Of a stretch of 64,000 nt of DNA, positions 1-12,887 are shown in pieces. Numbering within the stretch: the first letter of the stretch is position 1; each line of letters starts with the position of its first letter. This stretch comes from Veleropilina oligotropha (taxonomy: Eukaryota), in contig JBEUKZ010000006.1 of NCBI GenBank assembly GCA_048128005.1, positions 62,001 through 126,000 on the forward strand, in the 5' to 3' direction. Made by a program: the position numbers and the translations under genes. The notes beneath the pieces are model-generated. The model was not told where the DNA came from. It saw only the letters and a list, made by a program, of their open reading frames with translations, and searched no databases.

Positions 1-577
1 TGCAAACTCTCACTGTTTGGTCCCTGTTTCTGATGCACAAGAAATACATTCAATGAACTTTTGGTGTAAAATGGATAAATACATACTGGCAACCAGTTCT
101 ATATTAATGTTGTAAACAGATATATCTACATGTACATTTTTCACAAATTTCTGTTTGGAATAAAACTACTAAAATAACTACTGTTTGTCCACTTCTTTCA
201 GAACAATGCATTCAACGAAAATCTTCAAAAGAGATACTTATTTTGTTGCCGTCTCCTGTACATATATAGCATGATAACGTTTTGAGTGTGCATGACAGAT
301 TAATGAGAGAGGAAAACATACAAATTTCTTTTAGAAAGACTGGAATAACCATCTGCCGGTTACAAATCTGCAGTTGAAATCATTTGACATAGCTCTTGCA
401 AGATTCAACTGTCCTCGATTGTTCAACTGGTTGAGCATCTGAAACACTGTACTGAACAGTAGGAAGCATTCCCGTGACGCCGGTATGGCTTATTCTGATG
501 CTAAAAACTAGAACGGATCGTTTACCCATCATTCAAATGGAGAGATTAATCCAACGTTCAGACTACAGACATAACTT

Positions 578-1610
578 AACTATGTTCCCCGGAACATGGG
601 TATGCCCCGGCAGCATCAATATATTAACTACCAAAGTATGTGTATACAAAAAGCGTCTTGATCACCCATATGAACTCCTTGAAAATATTTTAACTGAAAA
701 CTTTAACAAAGTTTCTGTCTAAAAATACCAATTTTATGCAATACTTAAATTAAATTTTAGTCACGATCACTGCGATGCGACATCCATATAATAATACCAA
801 AGCATATAAATATATTCAGAATACAGCCTTCTGCAGCCCATACACATAAACAGGAAAACTTTAACCAGATTTTACTGTTAAAAAAACACAAATTTATTTG
901 CAATTATTATAACAAATTCAATTTTATTAAATATCACTACCAGAGTCCCCGGTAACATCCATATAATCAATACCAAAGCATACATATGCCGAAAAGACCC
1001 TTAATACAAACTTTAACTGAAAATTCTAATAAAAATTTCTATGTTAAAAATCACCAATTTATTTGCAATAATTAACTCCATTTTATCAAATATCACTGCC
1101 AAAGTCTGAGGTAACATTCATATAATCAATACCAAAGCATATAATATATGCCGAAGAGTCCCTTAAGCAGCCATATATGCTCAATGAAAAACTTCAACCA
1201 AAAATTCGAACCAGAATTTCTATGTTAAAAAACACCAATTTATTTGCAATAATTAAATTAAATTTTATTCAATATCATTGCCAGAGTATCAGGTAACGTC
1301 CATATAACCAATACCAAAGATTATATATGCCAAAAAGTCCCTTAAGCAAGCCATATACGATCAATGAAAAACTTTAACCAAAACTGCGGACATACGTACG
1401 TACATACAGACAGAGTGAAAGCAATATGCCCTCCGGACCACCGTCCCGGGGCACCCTCCGGACTATCGTCCCGGGGCATCCCTCCGGACTACCGTCCCGG
1501 GGCATCCCTCCGGACTATCGTCCCGGGGCACCCTCCGGACCACCGTCCCGGGGCATCCCTCCGGACCACCGTCCCGGGGCATCCCTCCGGACTACCGTCC
1601 CGGGGCATAC
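578..1610 (+). mobile_element. Helentron/HINE-like non-autonomous element (~180-bp core repeats, microsatellite, terminal palindrome tandemly amplified)
   Basis: 5' hairpin plus tatgcccc motif, diverged repeats at 700-1385, cata/gaca microsatellite, 24-25 bp palindromic units at 1428-1608. Confidence 0.65.
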
Positions 1611-1740
1611 AAATTGGTAGAATGTGGCCATAAAATATTCCAACCAAATTCTGCAAGATTCAGTTAATAGCACATAGGACAAGTATTACGTGTATGGGCA
1701 TGTGTGACAACTACAAAGCCCTGGAGACATTGACAAATGC

Positions 1741-1996
1741 GGAGGAGGAGGAATTATGCTTAATGTCCTGCATGTTTATAACATCGAGGTTAGGACATGT
1801 CCGTGTTATCGCGGGAGGAAACCCCGGTCGCCGGGTAAACCCGCCCTCTTCGGCCAGTCACGGACAACTGTGCTTCATAACTTGAACAAATGTGTGCTGC
1901 CTCAGCCGGGGGTCGATCCCACTACTGTTCGCGTCAGTGGAAACAAGCCAGTGAATTTAGAGTGGACACTCTACCCACTGCGCTACCGAAGCGGCC
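1741..1996 (-). mobile_element. Young tRNA-derived SINE, full length
   Basis: A-box TAGCGCAGTGG, B-box-like GGATCGACCCC, V-domain-like GGGTTT...GGTTTCCTCCC core, (TCC)n tail. TSD cattgacaaatgc. Confidence 0.9.
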
Positions 1997-2088
1997 TCAT
2001 TGACAAATGCACCAAACATGTTCGATCAATTCATAGCGAGATTCTTGGAATAGATTATAAGATAAATGATCAGGATCAACCCTAACCC

Positions 2089-2624
2089 TTAACGTCATCT
2101 GCTCCACATTCATCAGTAGAGAAACATTAACGTCATCTGCTCCACATTCATCAGTAGAGAAACATTAACGTCATCTGCTCCACATTCATCAGTAGAGAAA
2201 CATTAACGTCATCTGCTCCACATTCATCAGTAGAGAAACATTAACGTCATCTGCTCCACATTCATCAGTAGAGAAACATTAACGTCATCTGCTCCACATT
2301 CATCAGTAGAGAAACATTAACGTCATCTGCTCCACATTCATCAGTAGAGAAACATTAACGTCATCTGCTCCACATTCATCAGTAGAGAAACATTAACGTC
2401 ATCTGCTCCACATTCATCAGTAGAGAAACATTAACGTCATCTGCTCCACATTCATCAGTAGAGAAACATTAACGTCATCTGCTCCACATTCATCAGTAGA
2501 GAAACATTAACGTCATCTGCTCCACATTCATCAGTAGAGAAACATTAACGTCATCTGCTCCACATTCATCAGTAGAGAAACATTAACGTCATCTGCTCCA
2601 CATTCATCAGTAGAGAAACATTAA
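2089..2624. repeat. 38-bp perfect tandem repeat, 14 copies
   Basis: Unit ttaacgtcatctgctccacattcatcagtagagaaaca, with no spacers. Confidence 0.95.
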
Positions 2625-3324
2625 TCAGATCACATTTTACAACATTCCATTTAAGTTGATGAAATCATTGTTGATTTACAAAGAAGATCAAGACATTATT
2701 ATTCAAAATATATCACATCCTTAATGACATATCAAATGTTACAGTTACGGAAAATCACATAATAACATCTTATTACAGAAACATGAGACAACTGCCACTA
2801 ACAACCTGGGCCGACCGCAACAAAACTCTGATACCAAAACCATTGTTAGTGTATATACATGTATAAACTGTCTGCCAAAATTGACTTCTTCTGAGTAGCT
2901 TGAAGCCTGGCAAATACAACTATTGCTAGTATATATAGGCTTACAGGGTATTAAGTGGTCTCCCTCTTTATCAACATAAAATAGTTTCACGAACTTAGTT
3001 TATCAATGACTATGATGACTTTGGTTTTGAAGATAATTTTCCGTTAGAACTCTGTTACGGTTTTCAGGATTTTGCTGCGGTCGTCTCGGTTTACTGCAAT
3101 GCATTTCATAAGGCACTTCCAGCCTCCAGCCTCCAGCATATCAGAGACCATTATCAAGGTTAGGCAAACATCACTGATTCAGAGGCACTTGTAACATAAT
3201 ATGCATCAACAATATGTTCTCCTATGGTTTAAACTATTTTCAAGGTACATTTATTTCAGTTGATTAGAATCACCACTGCCACGGATTAATTCATATTATT
3301 ACTTCAACTCACCACATGGATCGA

Positions 3325-3560
3325 TGGATCGACGCTTATTGTCCTGTATACATACAACCCTCAGGTTCAAAGCAGGCCATATTATCGCGGGAGGAAACCC
3401 GCCCTCTCCGACCAGTTACGGACAACTGTGATTCATACATGAACAAATAATGTTATGTCCCAACCGAGATTCCAACCCGCTCCTGTTCGCATCAGTGGAA
3501 TCAAGCCAGTGATATTCCGAGTTTGCAACCGAAACCACACGACTGTCGGAGTGGCTCGGA
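3325..3560 (-). mobile_element. Older SINE subfamily copy (shared body, different 5' head)
   Basis: Shares the ggacaactgtg...actgttcgc..cagtggaatcaagccagtg body with the young family. Confidence 0.75.
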
Positions 3561-5454
3561 ATAGCAGGTGAAACTAACATGCCTCCGCTGGATTTGATTC
3601 ACAATTACTGCTTCATAGCTCTGAAGTGTTATTTCCCAAAAATCGAACACACACTGTCGACGTATCGAAATCAAGCGAGTGGAGGCAGGGACACTGTTAG
3701 AATCAGCCAATATATAAATAAAACTGAAGGACCTTTTCAACTGGACATCGATATGTGAAAACTGACAAAACAAAGTACAGCACAATATTGTTCAGCATTT
3801 TCATTATGCCTCTTCTGTATGAATGCACAAAATATTTCTAGATTACAAGATTGTACAACACAGACTAGAACACTCCTATTAGCACCTGTCAAAGAAAAAC
3901 ATGGCAAAAACCTTATCACATAAGAAAATGTTTAGTTTGGTTGGATCAACGCTTAGCAACCTTCAGGTTCATACCACATCCATGTTATTGTGAGAAGGAA
4001 AACTTGGTTGGTAGGAAAAGATTACCCTCACAGGTCAGTGAAGAAAGAGTGCAGTCGAGCTAGTGATATCAGAGGCTGCTCTCTTAACCACTCAGCAACT
4101 AGTACGGCTTGTATGGTTAGTAGATTCATGATCAACACATGTATGAACGAATACGGCCACTGGGATAGTAAATACATATGTCTGCCTAATACATGTACTT
4201 GCAACAGCCATTACGTGACAACAGACAATATATCAAGAATAGTTATCTTCACCACTGAAGTAATGTTGTTTTATGAAAATATTCAGAGTACATTGTAACA
4301 CCGTAACATGTTCAGAGTACATTGTAACACCATAACATGTTCAAGACAAAATTACAAATCACATGAAGAATGATTGAACGAACTAGAAACAAAAGAAACC
4401 AAATGATCCACCAAAAATTACAAAACGGAATGTATTCAACATCAACATCAGATAAAGATAACATTATGTAACAAATCATATCAAAATTTTATCTTAATTT
4501 AAATATACTCAATAATGGAATTAAATTAATCACACTGTTCAGGCAAATACTCCGACCTGTTTCAGCATCCACATTGTACAAAAATAAGGTCCATTTTAGT
4601 TCAGTTTCCAGATATTGTTTAAAGGTATATAACCAATATTTGTTTTTTTCACATGCATTACTGCACTAGAACATGGAGACAGCTCGGTGGCTTTAACTTG
4701 ATCAAATATTAAGAATACATGAAAATGCAGAACACTCTCTGAGTCTCATCATGTCATCCTGCACCAACAGTCAGGTTATAATAGTTAAGTACAGTACATG
4801 TATATGCAAACAGCACATATGGTTTCATTGGTAATTTTTATTTTGGGTTTGCTGTATAAATGTTCATATTACCGGTACATGTGCATATTCTAGACATGGT
4901 TTGCATGACACACCGCAAGACTGGCGTGATTCTTACAACTCACTTCACTAACAGTGTCGTTATCTCTCTATTATAAATCCATGTAACATTAAAAATGTGA
5001 TTTTCGTTCTCGAATGACCCGTGGCTACTGAGACATTGAAAAACATTCTGTTGTAAGCTAATTAGGAACAAAGGCTTATAGTGCAATTCCTTAACTAAAT
5101 ATTGTCATTAATATCAAGAAATTTCCAATGGTTGACCGGGCTATCTGTCTGATTGTGTATTTGAAATAAATCTGTCAACCTTTCCATGCAATTGAAAACA
5201 TATTTACTTTATATTTACAGACCAATTGTTGGCACATTTGGACTGTGACCAACAGCTTACAATTAAACTGTAATACGAGATTAAAAACCAATTATCATCG
5301 ACAGAAATGCACTGTGATATCATCAATGAAAGAAGTAACTATATTTGTTCCTTTTCTACTTGAAGATACATACTTTGTTCCAAGATCCAAGCATCCAAGC
5401 ATCACCGTTATGATATCACATTGATACTATATACATAGCATACATTGATGTGTG

Positions 5455-5712
5455 AGGGAGGAATGATGCTTAATGTCCTGTATATTTACAACATCGAGGT
5501 TCAAGGCAGGACATGTCCGTGTTATCGCGTGAGGAAACCCGGTCGCCCGGGTAAACCTGCCCTCTTCGGCCAGTCGCGGACAATTGTGATTCATAACTTG
5601 AACAAATGTCAATGCCTCTGCCAGGTATTGAACCCACTGCTGTTCGCATTAACGGAATGAAGCCAGTGAATTTAGAGTGGACACTCTTAGCCACTGCGCT
5701 GCCGAAGCGGCC
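5455..5712 (-). mobile_element. Same SINE family, slightly diverged
   Basis: Colinear with the other copies; degenerate TSD cataca(t/a)tgatgt. Confidence 0.88.
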
Positions 5713-6317
5713 CTCATACAATGATGTACGTAGCCATGAATGAAAGCGGACCGCTTCTTATCCTTGCGTAATGTAGAGTCACACAGCTTGTCATGTGCAC
5801 CACAATGCAATGCTGATTATAATATCTTCATTGTGTACGTAACTTCCAGCAAGTAGACAGAATAATAACATTTCAGTTTATATCTAAGCTGTGTGTCAGA
5901 GACATACCGAATCCGTTACAGTGATAGGCTGTGTATATGATCCATACCAATAGAAGGAATGATTTTAACACACTATTACCTAATAAATAAATATTAATAT
6001 TATGTATGTACCATTCTATCAATGCTCACGACCGTTCTATGTTATGACCCTGCTTGCATCGTATGTCTGTCATTATAGAATATCTTTCCACTTTCTGAAT
6101 TCTGGATTACTTTCCTGACCAATACTTTATCAGTAATGAAGCAAGGTGCAGCACCTCTTCGTCAATTTGTTTCACAAAACTGTTAGTTTTAAGCAAAATC
6201 ACCCTCTAACTAGAGGCAAGTTGGCGACATTGAAATACAGCCTCCAATAAATGATTTGTTGATCACGGTTTGATTTACCTCACTTTGTTATACATTGTTC
6301 ATAATGTCATACAATGT

Positions 6318-6539
6318 TCACAAAGTCGTTGACTCCGTTGAGTCCAGAATGCTCTGGAATATGTTGATGATGTTGTCGAGGCCGAACAGGTACCCGTCCT
6401 CGTGGTTGCCCTCGATCCATTCCTGCCGATGGTCGATCGTGATTTTGTTTTTAAGGGGAATTGTCTTTCCAAAGTCTATCATCCACACACAGGCATTGCC
6501 GGACTTATCGTGAACAAACAACAGCGAACTGCCGATAAC
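6318..6539 (-). CDS. ITPK: IP3 3-kinase, last coding exon ([11 protein letters not shown]...WMIDFGKT...[12 protein letters not shown]...stop)
   Basis: SSLL and IDFG catalytic motifs of inositol polyphosphate kinases. AG acceptor at 6540-6541, 222 nt, phase 0, ends in TGA. Confidence 0.97.
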   Translation of the reverse strand, partial: VIGSSLLFVHDKSGNACVWMIDFGKTIPLKNKITIDHRQEWIEGNHEDGYLFGLDNIINIFQSILDSTESTTL

Positions 6540-6639
6540 CTAAAATACAGGCGCTATTACTGCAATTATCAAGTTTTACATACTATGTACATTAGGAGTT
6601 CACACATAATTAAACCCTCCTCTGAAGATTGGATTGGAT

Positions 6640-6876
6640 TAGATCTATACTTAATATCCTGTACATATTATCATGGGAGGATAGCCCATTTGAGGAAAGC
6701 CGGTCGCCCGGGAAAACCAGCACTCTTCGACTAGCTAGAGACAACTGTTTTCATGACTGAACAAATAATGTCATGTCCCAACCGAGATTTGAACCCACTA
6801 CTGTTCGTGTCATTGAGATCAAGCCAGTGATTTTCGAAGTCTGCAACCGAAACCACGTGACTGTCAGAGCAGCTCC
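6640..6876 (-). mobile_element. Older SINE subfamily copy
   Basis: Similar to 3325-3560. Confidence 0.75.
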
Positions 6877-6936
6877 TCAAAATAATTCTGCACATGAATG
6901 GTGTCCATTTTATCTCTGAAGAACAGCCTTGATATT

Positions 6937-8753
6937 AAGACAGAAGTGAGCACAGCTTACATACCCCCGTTCGGTGCTTTCAATAATTATAGTCTCTGTC
7001 AATGTTATATATGCCATTATTCTTTAAAAAATAAGAAATCTCTGCAGACGCTGCAGCGAAAAGATGACTAAACCATCGTGTCCTCGACTATAGTCCAGGG
7101 ATTCAATTATATATGAACCCTGGTCAGTTGAGAAGAGTGATATTAGACACTGGACATACAGTGACAGTCTGTTCTTGTAATGGCAATATACAATCTCATT
7201 TTAAGATACCCATGGAAAAAATCGATGAAGAAGTCAGTTTTCAATATCCATTCAATCCATCGGTTTTGATAATCCCAGCTCCACAGAGTGACGAATAAGC
7301 TTAACAGCTTACTGTACTTAATCATGGTGAGCAAGTCTTACATATAAGCACGTCCCTTTCATCGTACATACATACTATTTACATAAGTCAACAAAAGAAA
7401 TAAAGTTACACTTCAAAAATTAAATTTCAATACTCTAAAGCATTATTAGAAAAAACTTTGCACTTGTTGTTTTTGACCATTGTAGCTCAGGTCAATATTA
7501 ATTTATTAAATTATATCAGCAATTTTTTAAAAATATATATTTCAGAAATGTAAAAGTAGCAAAAGACATAACTACTTAACCTAGTTAGTGTGTGTACCAA
7601 GTTTCGTGAAGATAATTGGTACGGTTTGGGAGATATGCTCCGGTCAGAAGTGTCGCACATTATAGTCTATGTCAATCTTATATATGCCATTTTTTGTAAA
7701 AATACAAATTTCAGAAACCTGAAAATAACAAAAGGCACAACCACTTAACTTAGTTAATGTTTGTATCACGTTTTGACATGCTAGCGTTTTCGGTTTGGCA
7801 GATATGCTCTGGACAAAGGCGTCGTCCATTATAGTCCAAGTCAAACTAATATCCGCCATATTTGTAAATAAAAATTTCAGAAACCTGAAATTAGCAAAAG
7901 GCACAAGTACTAAACCTAGTTAATGTGTGTACCATGTTTCGTGAAGCTATCCTGTATAATTTGGGAGATATGCTTCAGACATATAACCCATTCAGTGCCT
8001 TTGTTCATTGTAGTCTATGTTAATCTTATATCAGCAACGTTTTTAGACATAAAAATTAAAACACCTGAAAATAGCAAAAGGCACAACTACTCAACCTAGT
8101 TAGTGTGTATACCAAGTTTAGTGAAGGTAGCCTGTACAATTTGGAAGATATGCTCCGGACAAAGACGTCGCCCATTATAATCTATGTCAATCTTATATCC
8201 GCCATTTTTTTTTAAATAAAAATTTAAGAAACCTGCACAAGTACTCAACCTAGTTAATGAGTGTTTGAAGTTTCGTGAAGGTAGCATGTACGGTTTGGAA
8301 GATATGCTCCGGACAATGTCGTCGCACACTCCATTCATTGTAGTCCATGTCAGTATTACATCAGCAATTTTTTGTAAAAATAAAAATTTCAGAAACCTCA
8401 AAATAGCAAAAGGCACAACTACTCAACCTAGTTAGTGTGTATACCAAGTTTAGTGAAGCTAGCCTGTACGGTTTTGGAGATATGCTCCGGACAAAAGCGT
8501 CCTCAATTATAGTCTATGTTAATGTTATATATCCACCATTTTTTTAAATAAAAATTTCAGAAACCTGAAAATAGCAAAAGGCACAAATACTCAACCTAGT
8601 TAATGTGTATGAAGTTTCGTGAAGCTAGCATGCACTGTTTTGGAGATATGCTCCGTACAAAGTCGAATGACCGGAAGGACGGATGGACAGATGGAAAGAC
8701 GGACGAACGGAACGCTATATACCCCCAGCTACTTCGTAGCATGGGGTATAATA
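6937..8753 (+). mobile_element. HINE-like element with ggagatatgctccggacaa core repeats
   Basis: Subterminal atacccccg, tandem ~160-180 bp repeats, ggac microsatellite, 3' palindrome tatacccc...ggggtata. Confidence 0.7.
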
Positions 8754-8880
8754 AGGTAATTTTGATATGAACGAGAGCTTCTTGTGTCGCTTAACGTCAA
8801 AAGTGGACATGTACAAATTAACATGACAAAGAAACATGGAATATCTGGTGATCGAAACAACAAAATCAATATAAACAAAC

Positions 8881-8952
8881 CTCATGTCTGCTGAAGAATT
8901 CAGATGTTTCTAGAGTGGCTCTAACTGCTTTTAACCGATGTATATACCGCTC
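8881..8952 (-). CDS. ITPK: IP3 3-kinase internal exon (ERYIHRLKAVRATLETSEFFSRHE)
   Basis: 72 nt with cag/gtttgt boundaries. Matches the IP3K YxxRLxxxRxTLExSxFFxxHE segment that precedes VIGSSLL. Confidence 0.95.
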
Positions 8953-9296
8953 CTGAAAAGATGGAAGAGAAAAGTTAAATTTATTAAGCCAATAGCCGAA
9001 TCTCTAGTTGCTTCACACTTACAAAATGTCTAAGTCAGCATATAAATTTTAATTATGCTTATTTAAATGTCTGTCACAATCAAACAATCAGAATGTGAGA
9101 GATTATTTTTGATAACCAGGACCTTTTAAAAGAGCATTAAAATGATAATCTGCTTGTATAAAATTGTGCCCTCCAAATGACATGACCATTTTAACATAGC
9201 ACTTCTTTAGAGAAGTGAAAACTCAGTAATTTCCTTCAAATTAAACCACCCTTGTACTTACGAATCGTTTACATGCAATGAAAATATAATACTGAC

Positions 9297-9398
9297 CAAT
9301 AATAAAGCATTTCCTTCTGCATAATCCCTCAATATTGAAGTAACTTGCTCTGCAGTTTTTGTTCTTTTAAAATCTTTGCTGGACGTTCCATCTGAATT
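9297..9398 (-). CDS. ITPK: IP3 3-kinase internal exon (NSDGTSSKDFKRTKTAEQVTSILRDYAEGNALLL)
   Basis: 102 nt with cag/gtcagt boundaries. DGTxxxDFKxTKT motif typical of IP3K; frame preserved. Confidence 0.93.
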
Positions 9399-9631
9399 CT
9401 GAAAAGATACAATTTTAAAGTTATTTATCTATATTTAATTAATAATATAGAATTATGCATTGAATAGCTTAAAAATATACAAAATAAAAACATCTATTTG
9501 GTGAGTTTATTAATTCATGAAAGCAAGCAAAGACAGCATATTTTAGATTTCAAGAAATTTGATTATATAGCCCTCACAATATTGGGTATTTGCATTTAAG
9601 ATTTTGGGAAGAAGGGTATTGCAATTGACTC

Positions 9632-9637
9632 TATATG

Positions 9638-9671
<34 letters not shown>

Positions 9672-9950
9672 TATCTGTATGTATGTATATATGTATACAT
9701 GTATGTATGTATATCTGTATGTATGTATATTTGTATGTAAGTATATTTGTATGTATGTATATCTGTATGTATGTATATCTGTATGTATGTGTATCTGTAT
9801 GTGTGTATCTGTATGCATGTATATCTGTATGTATGTATATCTGTATGTATGTATATCTGTATGTATGTATATCTGTATGTATGTGTATCTGTATGTATGT
9901 ATATCTGTATGTATGTATATCTGTATGTATGTGTATCTGTATGTATGTAT
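9632..9950. repeat. Compound (GTAT)n microsatellite
   Basis: Direct reading. Confidence 0.95.
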
Positions 9951-9952
9951 AG

Positions 9953-10103
9953 GGATTGAACTGCAGTTTGGTTGCATTAATGCTGGTATGAACGCGAGCA
10001 GCAATTACAGTATTCTATGGAGCGCGTTAGTGCTCCATATAGAATATGTAATTGCTGCTTGCGTTCATACCAGCATAAATGCAACCAAACTGCAGTTCAA
10101 TCC
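9953..10103. repeat. Long inverted repeat (hairpin), ~70-bp arms
   Basis: ggattgaactgcagtttggttgcatt... pairs with ...aatgcaaccaaactgcagttcaatcc. Confidence 0.9.
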
Positions 10104-11928
10104 TTATATTTACATTAGCCTTTAACCACAATCCCGTAAAAATAAACATAATATTTAGTTTGTTATGATGTAGTTATTATTGTATATCGTCAGGTAACGT
10201 CCAATTAACGGAACAGCCTTTCCATTGAGCCAAAAAATAGTTATGTAAGGACTTCATTCTGTGGTAAAAATAATGAACACGATTGTTAAATTCAATTCAT
10301 AAATTTATTTGATATTAAATATATATGTAAATTTTACATTAGAGACAAAACTTTTATGCATAACAATTTTATTATAACAAGAAACATAGTGCGATATTAT
10401 ACTACGCCTTGCCTATTTTCTCTATTGCGCTCATAGTAGTATGAACGCAATCAAACTAGTGAGCTAAATAGCAGACGATGTAAATATATCTGTATGTATG
10501 TATACATGTATGTATGCAAGTCTATTCCCATATGTATGCATGGCCTTTCGCTACTCCAACAACGTTAGAGCCTGCTATAGTTCCTTAAATCAGACTCTAA
10601 CGGCTGAGCTAAAATTTCTCACCGCAGAATATTCTAATGGTGAAAATCATGGCCCGTGGCGAAAAATACTAAATTTCAATAAAGTAACTCCAGTTTATCA
10701 CTTACTTGCATTGGTATAAGTTTCTTTATACCAAATAACACCGATAAGCTACTTTGGAACACAAAACGGGCGGTTTAACTTTTACAATATAAACAAAAGA
10801 CGGTCGCCATTTTGTGACGTTAGCATTTCGTTTGACGGCTAAACATTGACAAATAATGCGTTTTATCATACATTATGACAACAAAATCACTAAAAACTAA
10901 CAGGTATGTATATATTCATGCATATTTATACAATTTAAGTATTTACTGTTTGTTTCACTGTATTTTTAATTAGTAATTTGCTCCAAAACCGTTCCCGACG
11001 AAATCCGTCGGGAACCTGCTCGTCATAAAAGGTGCTTAGGATATATGAGGTAGGGGGTAATGTATGAAAGGCCCATCAACCCGGTCTCATATGTTATAGG
11101 AGTAGGCCTTTCCCATAAATCCGCTTTGCAGTCGGAACCTCGCTTTAATCTATCCTTTGGAACGATGGGTAACATGTTTTAAGTTATCCGTCATATTAGT
11201 TATAAAGGGTATAAAAGGCACGATGTTGTGGGAATTATCGCAATCTACCATCTCCATTAATGTTACGATGCTCAACCAGTTGACCTATCAAGGGCCATGC
11301 CTTTGCCATAGTAGATCAATTAAACAAACAATCTGTGCAAATTAAAACCAACATTACTCTTGGGCTATGCTGATAGATTGCATTTTCTCAATTGTCCATT
11401 AAGATAAATCAAGCCATGAATAATCCAGAGTATGGTAACATTGCTACAGTTATCTCCCCTACACTACAGACTATAAAGTTGCTTGCACAATTCGATGAGA
11501 ACTTTTGTACATGAGCTATTCCGCAGCTTTTCAAATATCCTTATTTTGCATGGAATAATCCCCAAGTTATAATGATTACGATATTATTCCAGCCCTCAAG
11601 ATTTCCTCCTGTCCCCTGATACAGCCCATGTACCTCATTCCTCCTGGTCTCTTGTTCTTCGACTATACCTAACTTTCATGCCTTAGCTTTCCTCCCGGTA
11701 TCTTACATATACTGCCCTCGCCCTATACATTCCTCTCAGCCCCTTTTACTGATCCTTACAGTGATGCCCTAGCGCTTCTCCCAGCCTCTTATATATCCCA
11801 TACTCCATACTTTGACCTCCAAGCCTAAGATAACCAGCCCCTTATTACTCCAGCCCCTTATTTTGTCCCACTCCTTCCTTTGATTTACTAGTTTCCTCTC
11901 AACCCCTTATTCTGCCCCTGCTCCTTAC

Positions 11929-12078
11929 TTTGATGCCCTCGATCCTGAAGCCCAGCCCCGTGGAGCTGCTCATGGTCTCTCTCCACTGCATGTAGCGGGG
12001 CTTAGTCACCCCCTTATGCTGGTGCTCCTCCTCTGTAGGGGCAGTAGGGTCCACCTCGATCATCTTCTCGTACATATC
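11929..12078 (-). CDS. ITPK: IP3 3-kinase internal exon ([11 protein letters not shown]...[26 protein letters not shown]), inositol-binding lobe
   Basis: 150 nt with cag/gtaagg boundaries. Highly characteristic IP3K sequence. Confidence 0.97.
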
Positions 12079-12759
12079 CTGCAACGTGTACAATGTATAA
12101 ATAATCACATGCATTCGACATTAATACTTGATCACGAAAAACCGATGAACAAAATATATATCAGTAAACGACGAACCAGGATGTACTCAAAGCCTAACAA
12201 GAATGTGTGTTATGCCAGCTATGAAAGGCATACGGTCAATCAAATCCTCCAAACTTATCCTAGGAATCTTAGTTTTGCCTTTCAGTGTCCTATAACATAG
12301 GTTGCAGTAAGTTTTAGCAATTTTTCAGCGATATCATAGTCGATACCAAAATAAAACAAGTTTATCTCAAAAGAAATTTTTTGGCTACATCATCCAGCCA
12401 GTACCCATTGCCAGGAAGCCCGTCGCCAATCCATACAGTGCTGTCTGGGTTTATTGTTGATTAATTAATCTCAGTGATTTGGTGAGAACCCAGGCATGCC
12501 CATTTAAGTGGCACAAACGGAAAATACCAGCAAACAACAGACAAGTTCCAAATTAAGCAAGACATAGTCACTAATATTCCCTGCAAGTCGGTTGGACGGG
12601 CGGAACTCGTTTAATTATCCACTGACAAATTCGGTGTTGCGGGAAATAATAAGGTGAAAGAATTAACATCATGACTCATTATGTTTTCAAGAACTACTGT
12701 TCATATATATGTATTTCATCATTCAATTGATCTAGTGTCATTCCATCCGCATTCATTAC

Positions 12760-12887
12760 CTTCCTGAGTTTGGGATTTTCCTTGGCCTTTTCCAATTCTT
12801 CTTCAAGATACGTTCGAACACCCATTTTAACATCCATGACACTTGGGCATTCAAACCCACAGAGCAAATCTTGAAGCTGTAGAAATC
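12760..12887 (-). CDS. ITPK: IP3 3-kinase internal exon ([31 protein letters not shown]...PKLRK)
   Basis: PxxxDxKxG signature (PSVMDVKMG). 128 nt, phase 1 to phase 0, gtaatg donor. Confidence 0.97.

Noticed and set aside
1900..1996. SINE head as a real tRNA gene
   Set aside because: No cloverleaf with a valid anticodon arm, and it is always attached to the SINE body and tail.
2089..2624. 38-bp repeat array as a CRISPR array or hammerhead ribozyme array (CTGATGA on the minus strand)
   Set aside because: Units are head-to-tail with no unique spacers and no cas genes. The minus strand lacks the GAAA and stem II needed for a hammerhead.
9256..9296. Consensus GTAAGT donor 35 nt beyond the GTCAGT donor
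   Set aside because: Using it would frameshift the kinase; the GTCAGT site keeps the frame and the expected spacing.
9543..10125. ORFs over the (GTAT)n tract
   Set aside because: Microsatellite translation only.
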